From positions 74,749 to 138,748 of the forward strand of contig NZ_JBEPWD010000001.1 of the NCBI RefSeq assembly GCF_041642575.1: a stretch of 64,000 nt of DNA, written 5' to 3'. The notes below the pieces were generated by a model. The model ran no database searches. It saw only the letters and a list, made by a program, of their open reading frames with translations, and was not told the origin of the DNA. Of the stretch, positions 1 to 9,691 are shown piece after piece; positions within the stretch are counted from its first letter, which is position 1; every line of letters starts with the position of its first letter. The position numbers were made by a program, and so were the translations under genes. The stretch is from Salegentibacter sp. Its GTDB lineage: Bacteria > Bacteroidota > Bacteroidia > Flavobacteriales > Flavobacteriaceae.

Positions 1-1
1 C

Positions 2-1930
2 CAAACACAGGTTACCAACTCACCTTCGGCCCGACAGAATGCAAAGACAGCCGGGGAAGGTCAGTTTTCACTATTTGGAGCTAATTCCGAGGAAATTATA
101 GAAACAACTTCGGGAAGAAAAACATTAAAAGATACTCCGCATGTTTACCAGAGCCTCACCACAGGAATGGCACGAAGCCTCTTCCTAAAAAACCTGATGA
201 AGCAAAAAAGTGTGTGTTTTGATACCGAAACCACTAGTTTAAATGCTCTTGAAGCCGAACTGGTTGGAATTGGTTTTTCCTGGGAAACCGGAAAGGGCTT
301 CTATTTGCCTTTCCCCGAAAACCGGGATGAAACACAAAATCTCATCGAGGAGTTAAGACCATTCTTCGAAGATGAAAGCATTGAAAAAACCGGACAGAAT
401 TTAAAATACGATATTAAAGTTCTTGCAAAATACGGGATAAGGATCAAAGGCCAGCTTTTTGACACTATGATCGCGCATTATCTCATTAATCCCGATATGC
501 GCCACAATATGGATGTCCTTGCAGAAACCTATTTGAATTATAGTCCGCAGCCCATTTCAGAGTTAATTGGAAAAAAAGGCAAGAATCAAAAATCTATGCG
601 GGATGTTCCGCTGGAGTTGCAAACAGAATATGGTGTGGAAGATGCTGATGTCACTCTTCAGCTAAAGAAATTTTTCGAAGCGGAATTAAAAGAAGCGAAT
701 ACCAGAAAACTTTTTGATGATATAGAGATTCCCCTGGTTCGAGTTCTGGCAGACATGGAGCTGGAAGGAATTAACCTGGACGAAAAATTCCTCAATTCCC
801 TTACCGAAGCTTTGCAAAATGATATTGCAGAATTGGAGAAGAAAATATTTACTGAGGCAGGTGAGGAATTCAAGATCAGTTCCCCAAAACAACTGGGAGT
901 GATCCTTTTTGAAAAAATGGAACTGGTTAAAAAACCCAAGAAGACAAAAACAGGACAGTATTCTACCAGTGAAGATGTGCTCTCGGTTTTAGCTAAAGAA
1001 AATAAAATTATAAAATACGTACTCGATTACCGGGCACTGGTGAAACTATTAAATACTTATGTGACCGCCCTGCCGAACCAGATCGAGAAGACAACCGGTA
1101 GAGTACATACCGATTATGTGCAAACCACTGCTGCAACCGGAAGGTTAAGTTCCAACAATCCCAACCTGCAGAATATCCCGATAAGAACCGAGCGCGGGAG
1201 AGAAGTGAGAAAGGCCTTTGTTCCCCGGGATGAAAACTTTATCCTGCTCGCGGCCGATTACTCCCAGATAGAATTGAGAATTATTGCTGCGCTTAGCAAT
1301 GAAGAGAATATGATAAATGCCTTTAAGAATGGGGAAGATATTCACGCTTCAACAGCGGCAAAAGTATTCAACGTGCCTCTGGAAGAAGTAACCAGAGAGC
1401 AACGTAGTAATGCAAAAACGGTTAATTTTGGAATTGTATACGGGGTTTCGGCTTTTGGTTTAAGCAATCAAACCAATTTAACCCGCAGCGAGGCCAAAGA
1501 ACTTATTGATACCTACTATAAAACTTATCCCAAACTCACCAATTACATTGGAGACCAGGTAGCTTTTGCCCGTGAACACGGTTATGTCCAAACCATTTTA
1601 GGCCGAAGACGTTATTTAAAGGATATCAATTCGCAAAATGCCGTGATTAGAGGGGCAGCCGAAAGAAATGCTGTGAATGCTCCAATCCAGGGAAGTGCAG
1701 CAGACATCATTAAACTTGCGATGATCAATATTCACCGAAAACTCTCTAAAGGGAATTACAAAACCAAAATGCTGCTTCAGGTGCATGATGAATTGGTTTT
1801 TGATGCTCATAAAGCCGAGTTGGATGAGATCAGAAAAATGATAAAGACCGAAATGGAGACCGCTTATAAACTTGAAGTGCCATTGGATGTTGAGGTAGGC
1901 ATTGGCCAGAACTGGCTTGAGGCCCATTAA
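2..1930 (+). CDS. polA: DNA polymerase I, 3' part (gene starts upstream of window)
   Basis: Frame is open from base 2. It has 3'-5' exonuclease motifs (FDTETT, QNLKYD, YGVEDAD) and PolA motifs (ADYSQIELR, KTVNFGIVYG, QVHDEL). Confidence 0.98.
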   Translation, partial: QTQVTNSPSARQNAKTAGEGQFSLFGANSEEIIETTSGRKTLKDTPHVYQSLTTGMARSLFLKNLMKQKSVCFDTETTSLNALEAELVGIGFSWETGKGFYLPFPENRDETQNLIEELRPFFEDESIEKTGQNLKYDIKVLAKYGIRIKGQLFDTMIAHYLINPDMRHNMDVLAETYLNYSPQPISELIGKKGKNQKSMRDVPLELQTEYGVEDADVTLQLKKFFEAELKEANTRKLFDDIEIPLVRVLADMELEGINLDEKFLNSLTEALQNDIAELEKKIFTEAGEEFKISSPKQLGVILFEKMELVKKPKKTKTGQYSTSEDVLSVLAKENKIIKYVLDYRALVKLLNTYVTALPNQIEKTTGRVHTDYVQTTAATGRLSSNNPNLQNIPIRTERGREVRKAFVPRDENFILLAADYSQIELRIIAALSNEENMINAFKNGEDIHASTAAKVFNVPLEEVTREQRSNAKTVNFGIVYGVSAFGLSNQTNLTRSEAKELIDTYYKTYPKLTNYIGDQVAFAREHGYVQTILGRRRYLKDINSQNAVIRGAAERNAVNAPIQGSAADIIKLAMINIHRKLSKGNYKTKMLLQVHDELVFDAHKAELDEIRKMIKTEMETAYKLEVPLDVEVGIGQNWLEAH

Positions 1931-2013
1931 ATTTTACGCTATATCTTACTAATTCCCGTATTAAGCCATTTTTTACGGGCATTCCCCCATTGTCTTCACA
2001 CCTTTTATAATTC

Positions 2014-2021
2014 TATATTTG
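2014..2021 (+). promoter_or_regulatory. Bacteroidota sigma70 -7 element upstream of the lipoprotein gene
   Basis: TATATTTG matches TAnnTTTG, about 170 nt upstream of ATG 2193. Confidence 0.5.
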
Positions 2022-2192
2022 AAAAAATCAATATACCGGACACCTTTAGAACCCGGTCTTGATTTATCCCCTACATTTTTTTAGCTCCTTCCCTCCCAGA
2101 TCAACTATGTCCTTTTTGGACACCTACTCCTTTTATGGTTAACTGACTTTGGATTTATTAATCAATCAATATTTAACCAAAAACTTTTAATT

Positions 2193-3797
2193 ATGAAAAG
2201 ATTTAAAAATTACCTGATGTACATGGCTGTTCTGGCTATGTTGATGACTGCCTGTAGTAAAGATGAAGTTGACTCCATCCCAACCGATGATCCTGAAATG
2301 GCCACTCTTAATTTTGGAGCTGTTTTAAATGATCTGCTGGAAGATTCACAGACCAGACAGGAGATGACTTTACCAGATTGTTCGGAGTTAGTTCCGTCCT
2401 ATGTGCATGTGGTATTAAGCGGTACTACTGATGTTGGTAGTTACGAAGAACCCTTAGAAGTAGGAGTAAATCCTACTCCCGGCGACTATGATGACGATGG
2501 AACCGAAGAATATTTCACCGTTGAGTCTTCGGATCTCGAACTGGTTCCTGGCCCATATAGCCTGGATTATTTTGCTGTTTACGATGAAAATGATGTTTTA
2601 ATCTGGCTTGCTCCTTATGGGGAAAGTGAATATACAACATGGGTAGGTTCAGCACTACCAATGGACTTCGACCTGGGAGCGGGAACAAAAAAATACGTAG
2701 ATGTAGAAGTACTGTGTTTTGATGATCGTACTGTGAATGAATTTGGCTATTTATTCTTTGATCTTCATCCAACCCAAGCTATAGAGTTCTGTATTTTCGG
2801 GAATTATTGCGATGATAACGGAAGACATTATCCTGCCGAATATTCTGTGAATATCTGGAGTGGAGATGATAATACGGGAGATGTAATACATTCTGATGTC
2901 CGCAATACAGTTGAAATGGATGCTAACGGTGATTATTCAGGCACTACTGTTTGTGTAGCATTACCTGATGTTGGAGGAGAAGATACAGTGGACAATTACT
3001 ATGTAGAGATAACATTGCTTAATTCTGATGCCTACGGTGATGTAACGGAAGAGGTAATAAGAAGCTTTACACTTACTGATGTTCAGGTAAGGTCCTTATT
3101 TGATGGAGAGGATGCATTAGACTACTGGCACTTTAGAGAAGGGGTTGGTTGCGCTACAGATACACCACCCTTAACTGATAATGGGACACCTCCCGTAATT
3201 GATGTAGATACTAATATTTATATTTACTTTGATTCCTCAGGTTCTATGGACGCGACCCTATCTCCACTTCAGGAAATGCGAAATACCTTATTAAAAGATG
3301 CTTTAATCGCTTTATATGATAATGATGAAGATGCTTACGATGATAAGGTAAAGGTAATTTCAGTTCCTGATGAAAGAACCTTCAACATGTTAAATATCCA
3401 GGGTGAGACTCCCAGCGGAAATGTAATCGCCATGGTTTTCCAGGACGAGGCTGAGTACATTTACCATCCCACTTCTGGTCCCTGGGATCAGAACTCTCCT
3501 AGAACCGCAACATATGATACAGATATTACAACGCTTAGAAGCAGGCTAAACTCATTTCCTGCAAATTATTACCGAGGGATAATATTCCAGGTGGAAACTA
3601 CAGGTCATGAAGCTTTTGGGATTTTTAAATCTTTAATAGGCTATGTTGAAAATGGTACCGGTAATTACAGCGATAGCTTTGGTCTATCTGATAGAACTGA
3701 ATTTGGTTACAACTACGAGGTAACTCCTTCGGCTTCCGCATCTTATTATGCAGATTTAATTGTAGATGCGCTAGAGGATTTAGGATACGAATTATAA
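2193..3797 (+). CDS. Acidic surface lipoprotein with C-terminal VWA-like domain
   Basis: Lipoprotein signal ending LMTAC, then SKDE. D/E-rich. YIYFDSSGS (DxSxS MIDAS-like) lies at about 3231-3245. Confidence 0.8.
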   Translation: MKRFKNYLMYMAVLAMLMTACSKDEVDSIPTDDPEMATLNFGAVLNDLLEDSQTRQEMTLPDCSELVPSYVHVVLSGTTDVGSYEEPLEVGVNPTPGDYDDDGTEEYFTVESSDLELVPGPYSLDYFAVYDENDVLIWLAPYGESEYTTWVGSALPMDFDLGAGTKKYVDVEVLCFDDRTVNEFGYLFFDLHPTQAIEFCIFGNYCDDNGRHYPAEYSVNIWSGDDNTGDVIHSDVRNTVEMDANGDYSGTTVCVALPDVGGEDTVDNYYVEITLLNSDAYGDVTEEVIRSFTLTDVQVRSLFDGEDALDYWHFREGVGCATDTPPLTDNGTPPVIDVDTNIYIYFDSSGSMDATLSPLQEMRNTLLKDALIALYDNDEDAYDDKVKVISVPDERTFNMLNIQGETPSGNVIAMVFQDEAEYIYHPTSGPWDQNSPRTATYDTDITTLRSRLNSFPANYYRGIIFQVETTGHEAFGIFKSLIGYVENGTGNYSDSFGLSDRTEFGYNYEVTPSASASYYADLIVDALEDLGYEL

Positions 3798-3825
3798 ATT
3801 AGCAATTCTTAAAAATGGAATATAA

Positions 3826-3858
3826 AAAAGAGGCTGTCCTTGCGGAACAGCCTCTTTT
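3826..3858. terminator. Bidirectional intrinsic terminator
   Basis: AAAAGAGGCTGT...ACAGCCTCTTTT hairpin between convergent genes. Confidence 0.85.
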
Positions 3859-3872
3859 AATATTTTTTAATA

Positions 3873-4457
3873 TTATTGGATAGTTACTTTTTTGTAAACC
3901 ATAATTATTTCTTCGATTTCAGAAGCAACTGTAGTTCCCGGATCATCAACATAAGCTGAGGCTTCCATTTCAGAAAGGGTAACTTTCATAAATTCCTCGG
4001 TTCCCTCCTCGTAAAGTGAAATGCTCTTGGTTTCAGTTAAAGTAGAACCATTATATTCAAATGTAACCTCCAATTCGTTCTGGTCGTTCACATCATAACT
4101 GGCTGAATATTCACCATAATTACATTTAAACTCATCATCTTCAGGCCCAAAATCAAGTTTTGCTTGTCCGGTGGTGACATCTCCATTCGCCTGGAAAGTA
4201 TAAAACATATTGTCGAAACAACGGGTTTCAGACAAAATATCTGTACTGGAAGACTCATCAAAATTTAAATTAACGGCAACATCAGAATCCATGGATTCTA
4301 ATTCCCAACGACCTACTAATGAACTTCGTTCAATAGTGGCATCTACTGTTGTTATAGGCTCCTCATTAAGGCTCATTGTTTCCGGTTCACAAGACTGAAA
4401 AAAAACCGTGATCCCAATCAACATCATTCCGCCTACCAGATTTGTAAATTTTTTCAT
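3873..4457 (-). CDS. Lipoprotein with lipocalin-like (DUF5004-type) domain
   Basis: Signal MKKF...FFQSC and LVGRWELESM (GxW lipocalin motif). Start set at the second Met of the ORF track. Confidence 0.7.
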   Translation of the reverse strand: MKKFTNLVGGMMLIGITVFFQSCEPETMSLNEEPITTVDATIERSSLVGRWELESMDSDVAVNLNFDESSSTDILSETRCFDNMFYTFQANGDVTTGQAKLDFGPEDDEFKCNYGEYSASYDVNDQNELEVTFEYNGSTLTETKSISLYEEGTEEFMKVTLSEMEASAYVDDPGTTVASEIEEIIMVYKKVTIQ

Positions 4458-4718
4458 AGCACTCATTATTGTAGGTGCAAATTTAAAAAATTATTAAGGT
4501 ATTTTGTGACTTTTTTAACACTTAATTTACCGTTAATCGTTGCTTTTGAACCCCTTGTCGCCACAGACAGGCATTTCCGGTGTTTCAAAATAAATTTATT
4601 GTAGGAATCTGCTGATCCGATTTTCTGAAGAGATCAATGATTAAAATTGTGAAATAAAGCTTAACAAAATGTCTTGAACCCCAGTGACTTCCAAAGTAAT
4701 AAATTAATAAGACACATA

Positions 4719-4749
4719 TTTGCTATATGAATTTATAATTGTACATTTG
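4719..4749 (+). promoter_or_regulatory. Canonical Bacteroidota promoter of the rplM operon
   Basis: TTTG at 4719-4722 and TACATTTG at 4742-4749, with a 19-nt spacer. Confidence 0.8.
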
Positions 4750-4822
4750 CACCCCGTTTTCCCGCCATGATTCATGTAGGGAACGGGAATGGAATGTTTA
4801 ATAATAAGTAAATTTAATTAGT

Positions 4823-5278
4823 GTGGACACATTAAGCTACAAAACAGTATCGGCAAACAAGGCCACCGTTTCTAAGGAATGGGTTCTTGTTGATGCTGAA
4901 GGACAGACTTTAGGCCGCCTTTCATCTAAAGTAGCCAAGCTACTAAGAGGTAAGCATAAGCCTGATTTTACCCCACACGTTGATTGTGGAGATAACGTCA
5001 TTGTTATCAATTCCGAAAAGATCAACTTAACCGGAAAGAAATGGGATGCGAAAGAATATATTCGCCACACCGGTTATCCAGGGGGACAGAGAAGTTTAAC
5101 AGCTTCTGAATTATTCGACAAAGCGCCAGAGCGTCTTGTTGAGAAAGCAGTAAAGGGGATGCTACCAAAGAACAAACTTGGAGCAGAACTATTCAGAAAT
5201 TTAAAGGTTTATGTTGGATCTGAACATGATCACAGCGCACAAAAACCTAAAACTATTAACTTAAACGATCTTAAGTAA
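4823..5278 (+). CDS. rplM: 50S ribosomal protein uL13
   Basis: GTG start; motifs [36 protein letters not shown]. Confidence 0.99.
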   Translation: MDTLSYKTVSANKATVSKEWVLVDAEGQTLGRLSSKVAKLLRGKHKPDFTPHVDCGDNVIVINSEKINLTGKKWDAKEYIRHTGYPGGQRSLTASELFDKAPERLVEKAVKGMLPKNKLGAELFRNLKVYVGSEHDHSAQKPKTINLNDLK

Positions 5279-5664
5279 TGGAGGTTATTCACAAAATTGG
5301 CCGTAGAAAAACAGCGGTTGCAAGGATTTACGTTTCTGAAGGAAGCGGAAACTTTACCATTAACAAAAAAGACCTTAAGGATTACTTCACTACAGGTACA
5401 CTCCAGTATAAAGTAAACCAGGCTCTGAACATTACCGGCAACGAAGGTAACTTCGATATTAAAGTCAATGTTTTCGGAGGAGGAATCACCGGCCAGGCAG
5501 AAGCTATTCGTCTTGCAGTAGCAAGAGCAATGGTAGAATTGGATGCTGAGAATAGAGCCCTGCTAAAACCAGAAGGCTTAATGACCAGAGATCCAAGAAT
5601 GGTAGAACGTAAGAAATTCGGACAGAAGAAAGCCCGTAAGAAATTCCAGTTCTCTAAACGTTAA
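5278..5664 (+). CDS. rpsI: 30S ribosomal protein uS9
   Basis: GRRKTAVAR, GGGITGQAEAIR and a QFSKR C-terminus; TAATG overlap with rplM. Confidence 0.99.
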   Translation: MEVIHKIGRRKTAVARIYVSEGSGNFTINKKDLKDYFTTGTLQYKVNQALNITGNEGNFDIKVNVFGGGITGQAEAIRLAVARAMVELDAENRALLKPEGLMTRDPRMVERKKFGQKKARKKFQFSKR

Positions 5665-5722
5665 TTATTATCGGGGTAATTTCCCGGAAGTTCATTTAAT
5701 ACTAAAAAGAATTTTGTTGTTA

Positions 5723-5810
5723 TTCCGCTTGCCGCGGAAGTTAGTTTAGCATCTAAACAGGTAAGGCCGTATTTTTCCTAAAAATAGCCACTTACTTGTT
5801 GCTATCTTCA
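5723..5810 (+). promoter_or_regulatory. Putative structured rpsB leader (uS2 autoregulatory element candidate)
   Basis: Stems: TTCCGC/GCGGAA, AACAGGTAAG(5756-65)/CTTACTTGTT(5791-800), TAGC/GCTA, inner TATTTTT/AAAAATA. Confidence 0.5.
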
Positions 5811-5833
5811 ACAGAACGTAAACTATTACAAAA

Positions 5834-6736
5834 ATGGCAAACAAAGTAGAAGTAAAAGAATTACTTGATGCAGGTGTACATTTTGGACACCTTACAAGAA
5901 GATGGAACCCAAATATGGCCCCATATATCTATATGGAGCGCAACGGGATTCACATTATCAACCTATATAAAAGTGCTGCAAAAATGCAGGAAGCCGGAGA
6001 GGCTCTAGCAAAAATAGCAGCCAGCGGCAGAAAAATACTTTTTGTAGCTACCAAAAAGCAGGCTAAAGAGATCGTAGCCGAGCAAGCTGAAAAAGCAAAC
6101 ATGCCTTACATCACCGAGCGCTGGCCCGGTGGTATGCTTACCAACTTCGTAACCATTCGTAAAGCCGTTAAGAAAATGGCTTCTATAGACCGAATGAAAA
6201 AAGATGGTACATTCAACACCCTTTCTAAAAAAGAACGTCTTCAGGTAGATCGTCTTAGAGCAAAATTAGAAAAGAACCTTGGTTCTATTTCTGAAATGAG
6301 CAGACTTCCAGGAGCGCTGTTTGTAGTTGATATCACCCGTGAACACATCGCCATTAAAGAAGCACAGAAATTAAACATTCCAATCTTTGCAATGGTAGAT
6401 ACCAACTCAGACCCTCGTGAGGTAGAATACGTAATCCCTTCCAACGATGATGCTTCAAAATCCATCAGTAAGGTAGTTTCTTATGTTTCTGACGCAATTG
6501 TTGAAGGACTTTCTGAAAGAAAAACCAGCAAGGATTCCAAGAAAGCTGAAAAAGAAGAAACCGAAGAAAAAGCTGTTAAAGAGCCAAAAGCTAAAGTAGC
6601 TAAAACCGAAGATGCAGAAGTTCCTTCTAAAGACGCTGAAGATAAAAAAGCGATGAAAGAAGCCCAGGAAGAAGTTAAGCTTGAAGACAAGCAGGAAACT
6701 CTTGATAAGGCTAAATCATCTAACGAAGAAGAATAA
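5834..6736 (+). CDS. rpsB: 30S ribosomal protein uS2 with K/E-rich C-terminal extension
   Basis: GVHFGH, WNPNMAPYIY, RWPGGMLTN, DTNSDP motifs. Confidence 0.99.
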   Translation: MANKVEVKELLDAGVHFGHLTRRWNPNMAPYIYMERNGIHIINLYKSAAKMQEAGEALAKIAASGRKILFVATKKQAKEIVAEQAEKANMPYITERWPGGMLTNFVTIRKAVKKMASIDRMKKDGTFNTLSKKERLQVDRLRAKLEKNLGSISEMSRLPGALFVVDITREHIAIKEAQKLNIPIFAMVDTNSDPREVEYVIPSNDDASKSISKVVSYVSDAIVEGLSERKTSKDSKKAEKEETEEKAVKEPKAKVAKTEDAEVPSKDAEDKKAMKEAQEEVKLEDKQETLDKAKSSNEEE

Positions 6737-6757
6737 ACCAATATTTTCATAAAATCT

Positions 6758-6805
6758 AAAAGTCGTTTAGTCCTTTCTTTCTGAGTTAGATTCTAAACGA
6801 CTTTT
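6758..6805 (+). other. 13-bp intergenic hairpin between rpsB and tsf
   Basis: AAAAGTCGTTTAG / CTAAACGACTTTT perfect inverted repeat; could be an attenuator or a processing/stability element. Confidence 0.6.
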
Positions 6806-6822
6806 TAATAAAATATAATACT

Positions 6823-7650
6823 ATGGCTAAGATAACTGCTGCAGAAGTAAACAAATTAAGAAAAGCTACCGGTGCCGGAATGATGGACTGCAAAAAAGCT
6901 TTGGTTGAAACCGATGGTGATTTCGACAAAGCTATTGAAGTTCTTCGCAAAAAAGGACAGAAGGTAGCTGCTAAAAGAGCCGACCGTGATTCTGCTGAAG
7001 GTGCTGCAATTGCAAAAACCAACGCCGAAAACAACAAAGGAGTGATCATTTCACTTAACTGTGAGACTGATTTCGTAGCCAAGAACGATGATTTCGTAAA
7101 CCTGGCAAACGATTTCGCAGATCTTGCTTTAAATTATAATTCTAAAGATGAATTCCTTAAGGCAGATTACAAAGGGATCACTGTAGAAGAGAAGCTAACC
7201 GAGCAAACCGGTGTTATCGGTGAAAAGATCGAGATTGGTGCTTTCAAAACCCTTGAGGCTCCTTTCGTAGGTTCTTACATCCATGCTGGAAACAAAATCG
7301 CTGTTATCACCGGACTTTCTAAAAACGTTGAAGGAGCTGAAGAAGCTGCTAAAAATGTTTCTATGCAAGCCGCTGCGATGAATCCTGTTGCCCTTAACGA
7401 AGAAGGTGTGGACCAGAGCACTGTTGAAAAAGAGATCGAGATCGCTAAGGATCAACTTCGTCAGGAAGGTAAACCTGAAGAAATGCTTGATAATATCGCA
7501 AAAGGTAAGATCAAGAGATTCTTTAAAGATAATACCCTTGTTAATCAGGCTTACATCAAAGACAGCAAGCAAAGCGTTTCAGATTATGTAAAATCTGTAG
7601 ACTCAAGCCTTGAAGTTGTAGGTTTCGAAAGAGTTGCACTTGGCGAATAA
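6823..7650 (+). CDS. tsf: Elongation factor Ts
   Basis: LRKATGAGMMDCKKAL and NCETDFVAKN motifs. Confidence 0.99.
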   Translation: MAKITAAEVNKLRKATGAGMMDCKKALVETDGDFDKAIEVLRKKGQKVAAKRADRDSAEGAAIAKTNAENNKGVIISLNCETDFVAKNDDFVNLANDFADLALNYNSKDEFLKADYKGITVEEKLTEQTGVIGEKIEIGAFKTLEAPFVGSYIHAGNKIAVITGLSKNVEGAEEAAKNVSMQAAAMNPVALNEEGVDQSTVEKEIEIAKDQLRQEGKPEEMLDNIAKGKIKRFFKDNTLVNQAYIKDSKQSVSDYVKSVDSSLEVVGFERVALGE

Positions 7651-7689
7651 CAGTTATTTTCCGTGAAGACGGGAAACCAATAAACAATG

Positions 7690-7722
7690 AAACCGTTTCT
7701 TTAATCAGAAGCGGTTTTTTTA
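7690..7722 (+). terminator. Intrinsic terminator after tsf
   Basis: AAACCGTTTCT-loop-AGAAGCGGTTT followed by a T run. Confidence 0.8.
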
Positions 7723-7869
7723 TGTTAAAAAAATGTCTCAGGATCTAAAGAGTTTAATCTGTCTCTTTTTACGAAAAGTTTTGTGTCAAAATTCTATCTG
7801 GTGTATCTTGTAAACGCAACATATTCCAAAAATTTTCACTTATTTCTGAAATATTCTTCAAATAATTAT

Positions 7870-8679
7870 ATGAAAAAAACCAACCAGAAATATACTTTAA
7901 TCACTGGTTCCAGCCAGGGCCTGGGGAAAGCCTTTGCTGAAATTTGCGCTAAAAAAATGCAAAATCTTATCCTAATCTCCCTTCCTAACGAAAACAACGG
8001 GAAATTAGCAAAAGAGTTAGAGGAGAAATATGGAATAAAAGCCATTCAATATGAAGCAGATCTTACTAAAAAAGAAGATTTATATAAAGTTATAGCTTTC
8101 GTAAAAAACTACAGGATAAACATGCTAATTAACAATGCGGGAATTGGCGGAGCTAAAAGATTCGAAGATGCCACCCTTACTTATTTAAGTGATATGGTAC
8201 TCTTAAATATTTTATCCCTGGTAACGTTAACCCACCAATTGCTGCCTGTTTTAAAACAAGAGGAAGAGGCTTATATCCTTAATATTTCCAGTGTTGCGGC
8301 CTTTGCACCTATGCCTTTTAAGACAGTTTACCCCGCAAGTAAAGCTTTCGTATACTCCTTTTCCAGAGGTCTTAAATCTGAATTAGAATATAGCAATATT
8401 CATGTGGCAGTAGCCCACCCCGGCCCTATGCCTACCAATGAAAATGTCACTAAAAGAGTAAAAGCTTTAACCGGAATGGTAAAGTACTCGGTTTTAACTC
8501 CCAAGGAAACAGCTGAAATATGCCTTGAAAAATTACTGCAGAAAAAAACGGTAATCATCCCCGGAAAATTCAATTGGTTCAATTCACTTTTATTGCGTTT
8601 TTTACCCATCCCCCTCCAACTTAAAATCCTCAATGGTAAGCTAAAACCTGAAGCTTCAGAAATTCAATCTAATGGCTAA
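7870..8679 (+). CDS. Short-chain dehydrogenase/reductase (classical SDR)
   Basis: TGSSQGLG, NNAG and YPASK (YxxxK). Start moved from the TTG at 7783 to ATG 7870. Confidence 0.9.
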   Translation: MKKTNQKYTLITGSSQGLGKAFAEICAKKMQNLILISLPNENNGKLAKELEEKYGIKAIQYEADLTKKEDLYKVIAFVKNYRINMLINNAGIGGAKRFEDATLTYLSDMVLLNILSLVTLTHQLLPVLKQEEEAYILNISSVAAFAPMPFKTVYPASKAFVYSFSRGLKSELEYSNIHVAVAHPGPMPTNENVTKRVKALTGMVKYSVLTPKETAEICLEKLLQKKTVIIPGKFNWFNSLLLRFLPIPLQLKILNGKLKPEASEIQSNG

Positions 8680-9652
8680 AAAAGTTTTGGTAACAGGTGC
8701 AAGTGGATTTTTGGGTTTTCATATTTCCAAACAGCTTTTACAGGCAAATTATGAAGTAGTTACCTTGATAAGGGAAAAGAGCGACACGAGGTTACTTAAA
8801 AACCTAAATTGCAAAATAATTCGAGGTAGTTTAAGTAGCACTAAGGATATCGGAAAAGCCATTAAAGGTTGTGATTTCGTAATTCACGCCGCTGCAAAAA
8901 CAAGTCAGGATTCTTCTGATTTTGAAGATTACAGGGAAGCAAATATCACCAGTACAAAATTGCTGATAGAAGCTTCAAAAAAAGAAAAAATCAGCAGGTT
9001 TGTGTTCGTAAGTAGCGCCAATGCCTTTACTATGGGAAGCAAAGCCAATCCCGGTAAAGAAGATTCAGGTTTTATGTCTTTTTTAAAGAATTCCGGTTAT
9101 GCACATAGCAAATACAAAGCGCACCAATTAATTTTAGAAGAAACAAAAGAAAGCAACTTCCCCGCTATTGTAGTAGCGCCCACTTTTATGGTTGGACCTT
9201 ACGACATTAAACCTTCCAGCGGGAGGTTAATGCTTTATTTATTAAAAAATAAACTGGTTTTCTATCCAAAGGGCGGTAAAAGTTTTGTTGCAGTAACGGC
9301 TGCTGCGACGGCTTGTATAAATGCATTGAAAATGGGCGAGACCGGAGAAAGCTACTTACTTTCGGGGGTCAACCTCACTTATAAAGAATATTTTGAAAAA
9401 ATTACCAGATTTTCAGAAGAAAACCACTTCCTGATTCCTATCCCAAAAAGTTTACTCAAACCAGTTGAAGGTCTGTATCGCATTATTCCAAATAAAAAGC
9501 TATTGTTACTCATAACAAATATTCAAATGTTGTTTTCAAATAATTATTTCAGCAACACAAAGGCCAAAAAAGAACTAAACATGCCGGAAACGCATATTGA
9601 TTCCTCCATAAGGGAAAGTATTCAATGGTTTCAGGAAAATAATTACATTTAA
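8672..9652 (+). CDS. NAD-dependent epimerase/dehydratase (extended SDR, DFR/HpnA-like)
   Basis: TGASGFLG, VIHAAA, YAHSK; overlaps the upstream SDR by 8 bp. Confidence 0.9.
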   Translation: MAKKVLVTGASGFLGFHISKQLLQANYEVVTLIREKSDTRLLKNLNCKIIRGSLSSTKDIGKAIKGCDFVIHAAAKTSQDSSDFEDYREANITSTKLLIEASKKEKISRFVFVSSANAFTMGSKANPGKEDSGFMSFLKNSGYAHSKYKAHQLILEETKESNFPAIVVAPTFMVGPYDIKPSSGRLMLYLLKNKLVFYPKGGKSFVAVTAAATACINALKMGETGESYLLSGVNLTYKEYFEKITRFSEENHFLIPIPKSLLKPVEGLYRIIPNKKLLLLITNIQMLFSNNYFSNTKAKKELNMPETHIDSSIRESIQWFQENNYI

Positions 9653-9691
9653 TCTATTCCGGAAGGCTTACATAATCCATTAATTTTCACA

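Noticed and set aside
6520-6736. Low-complexity K/E/A tail of uS2 as a separate or novel domain
   Set aside because: Variable charged C-terminal extensions of uS2 are common; nothing further is supportable.
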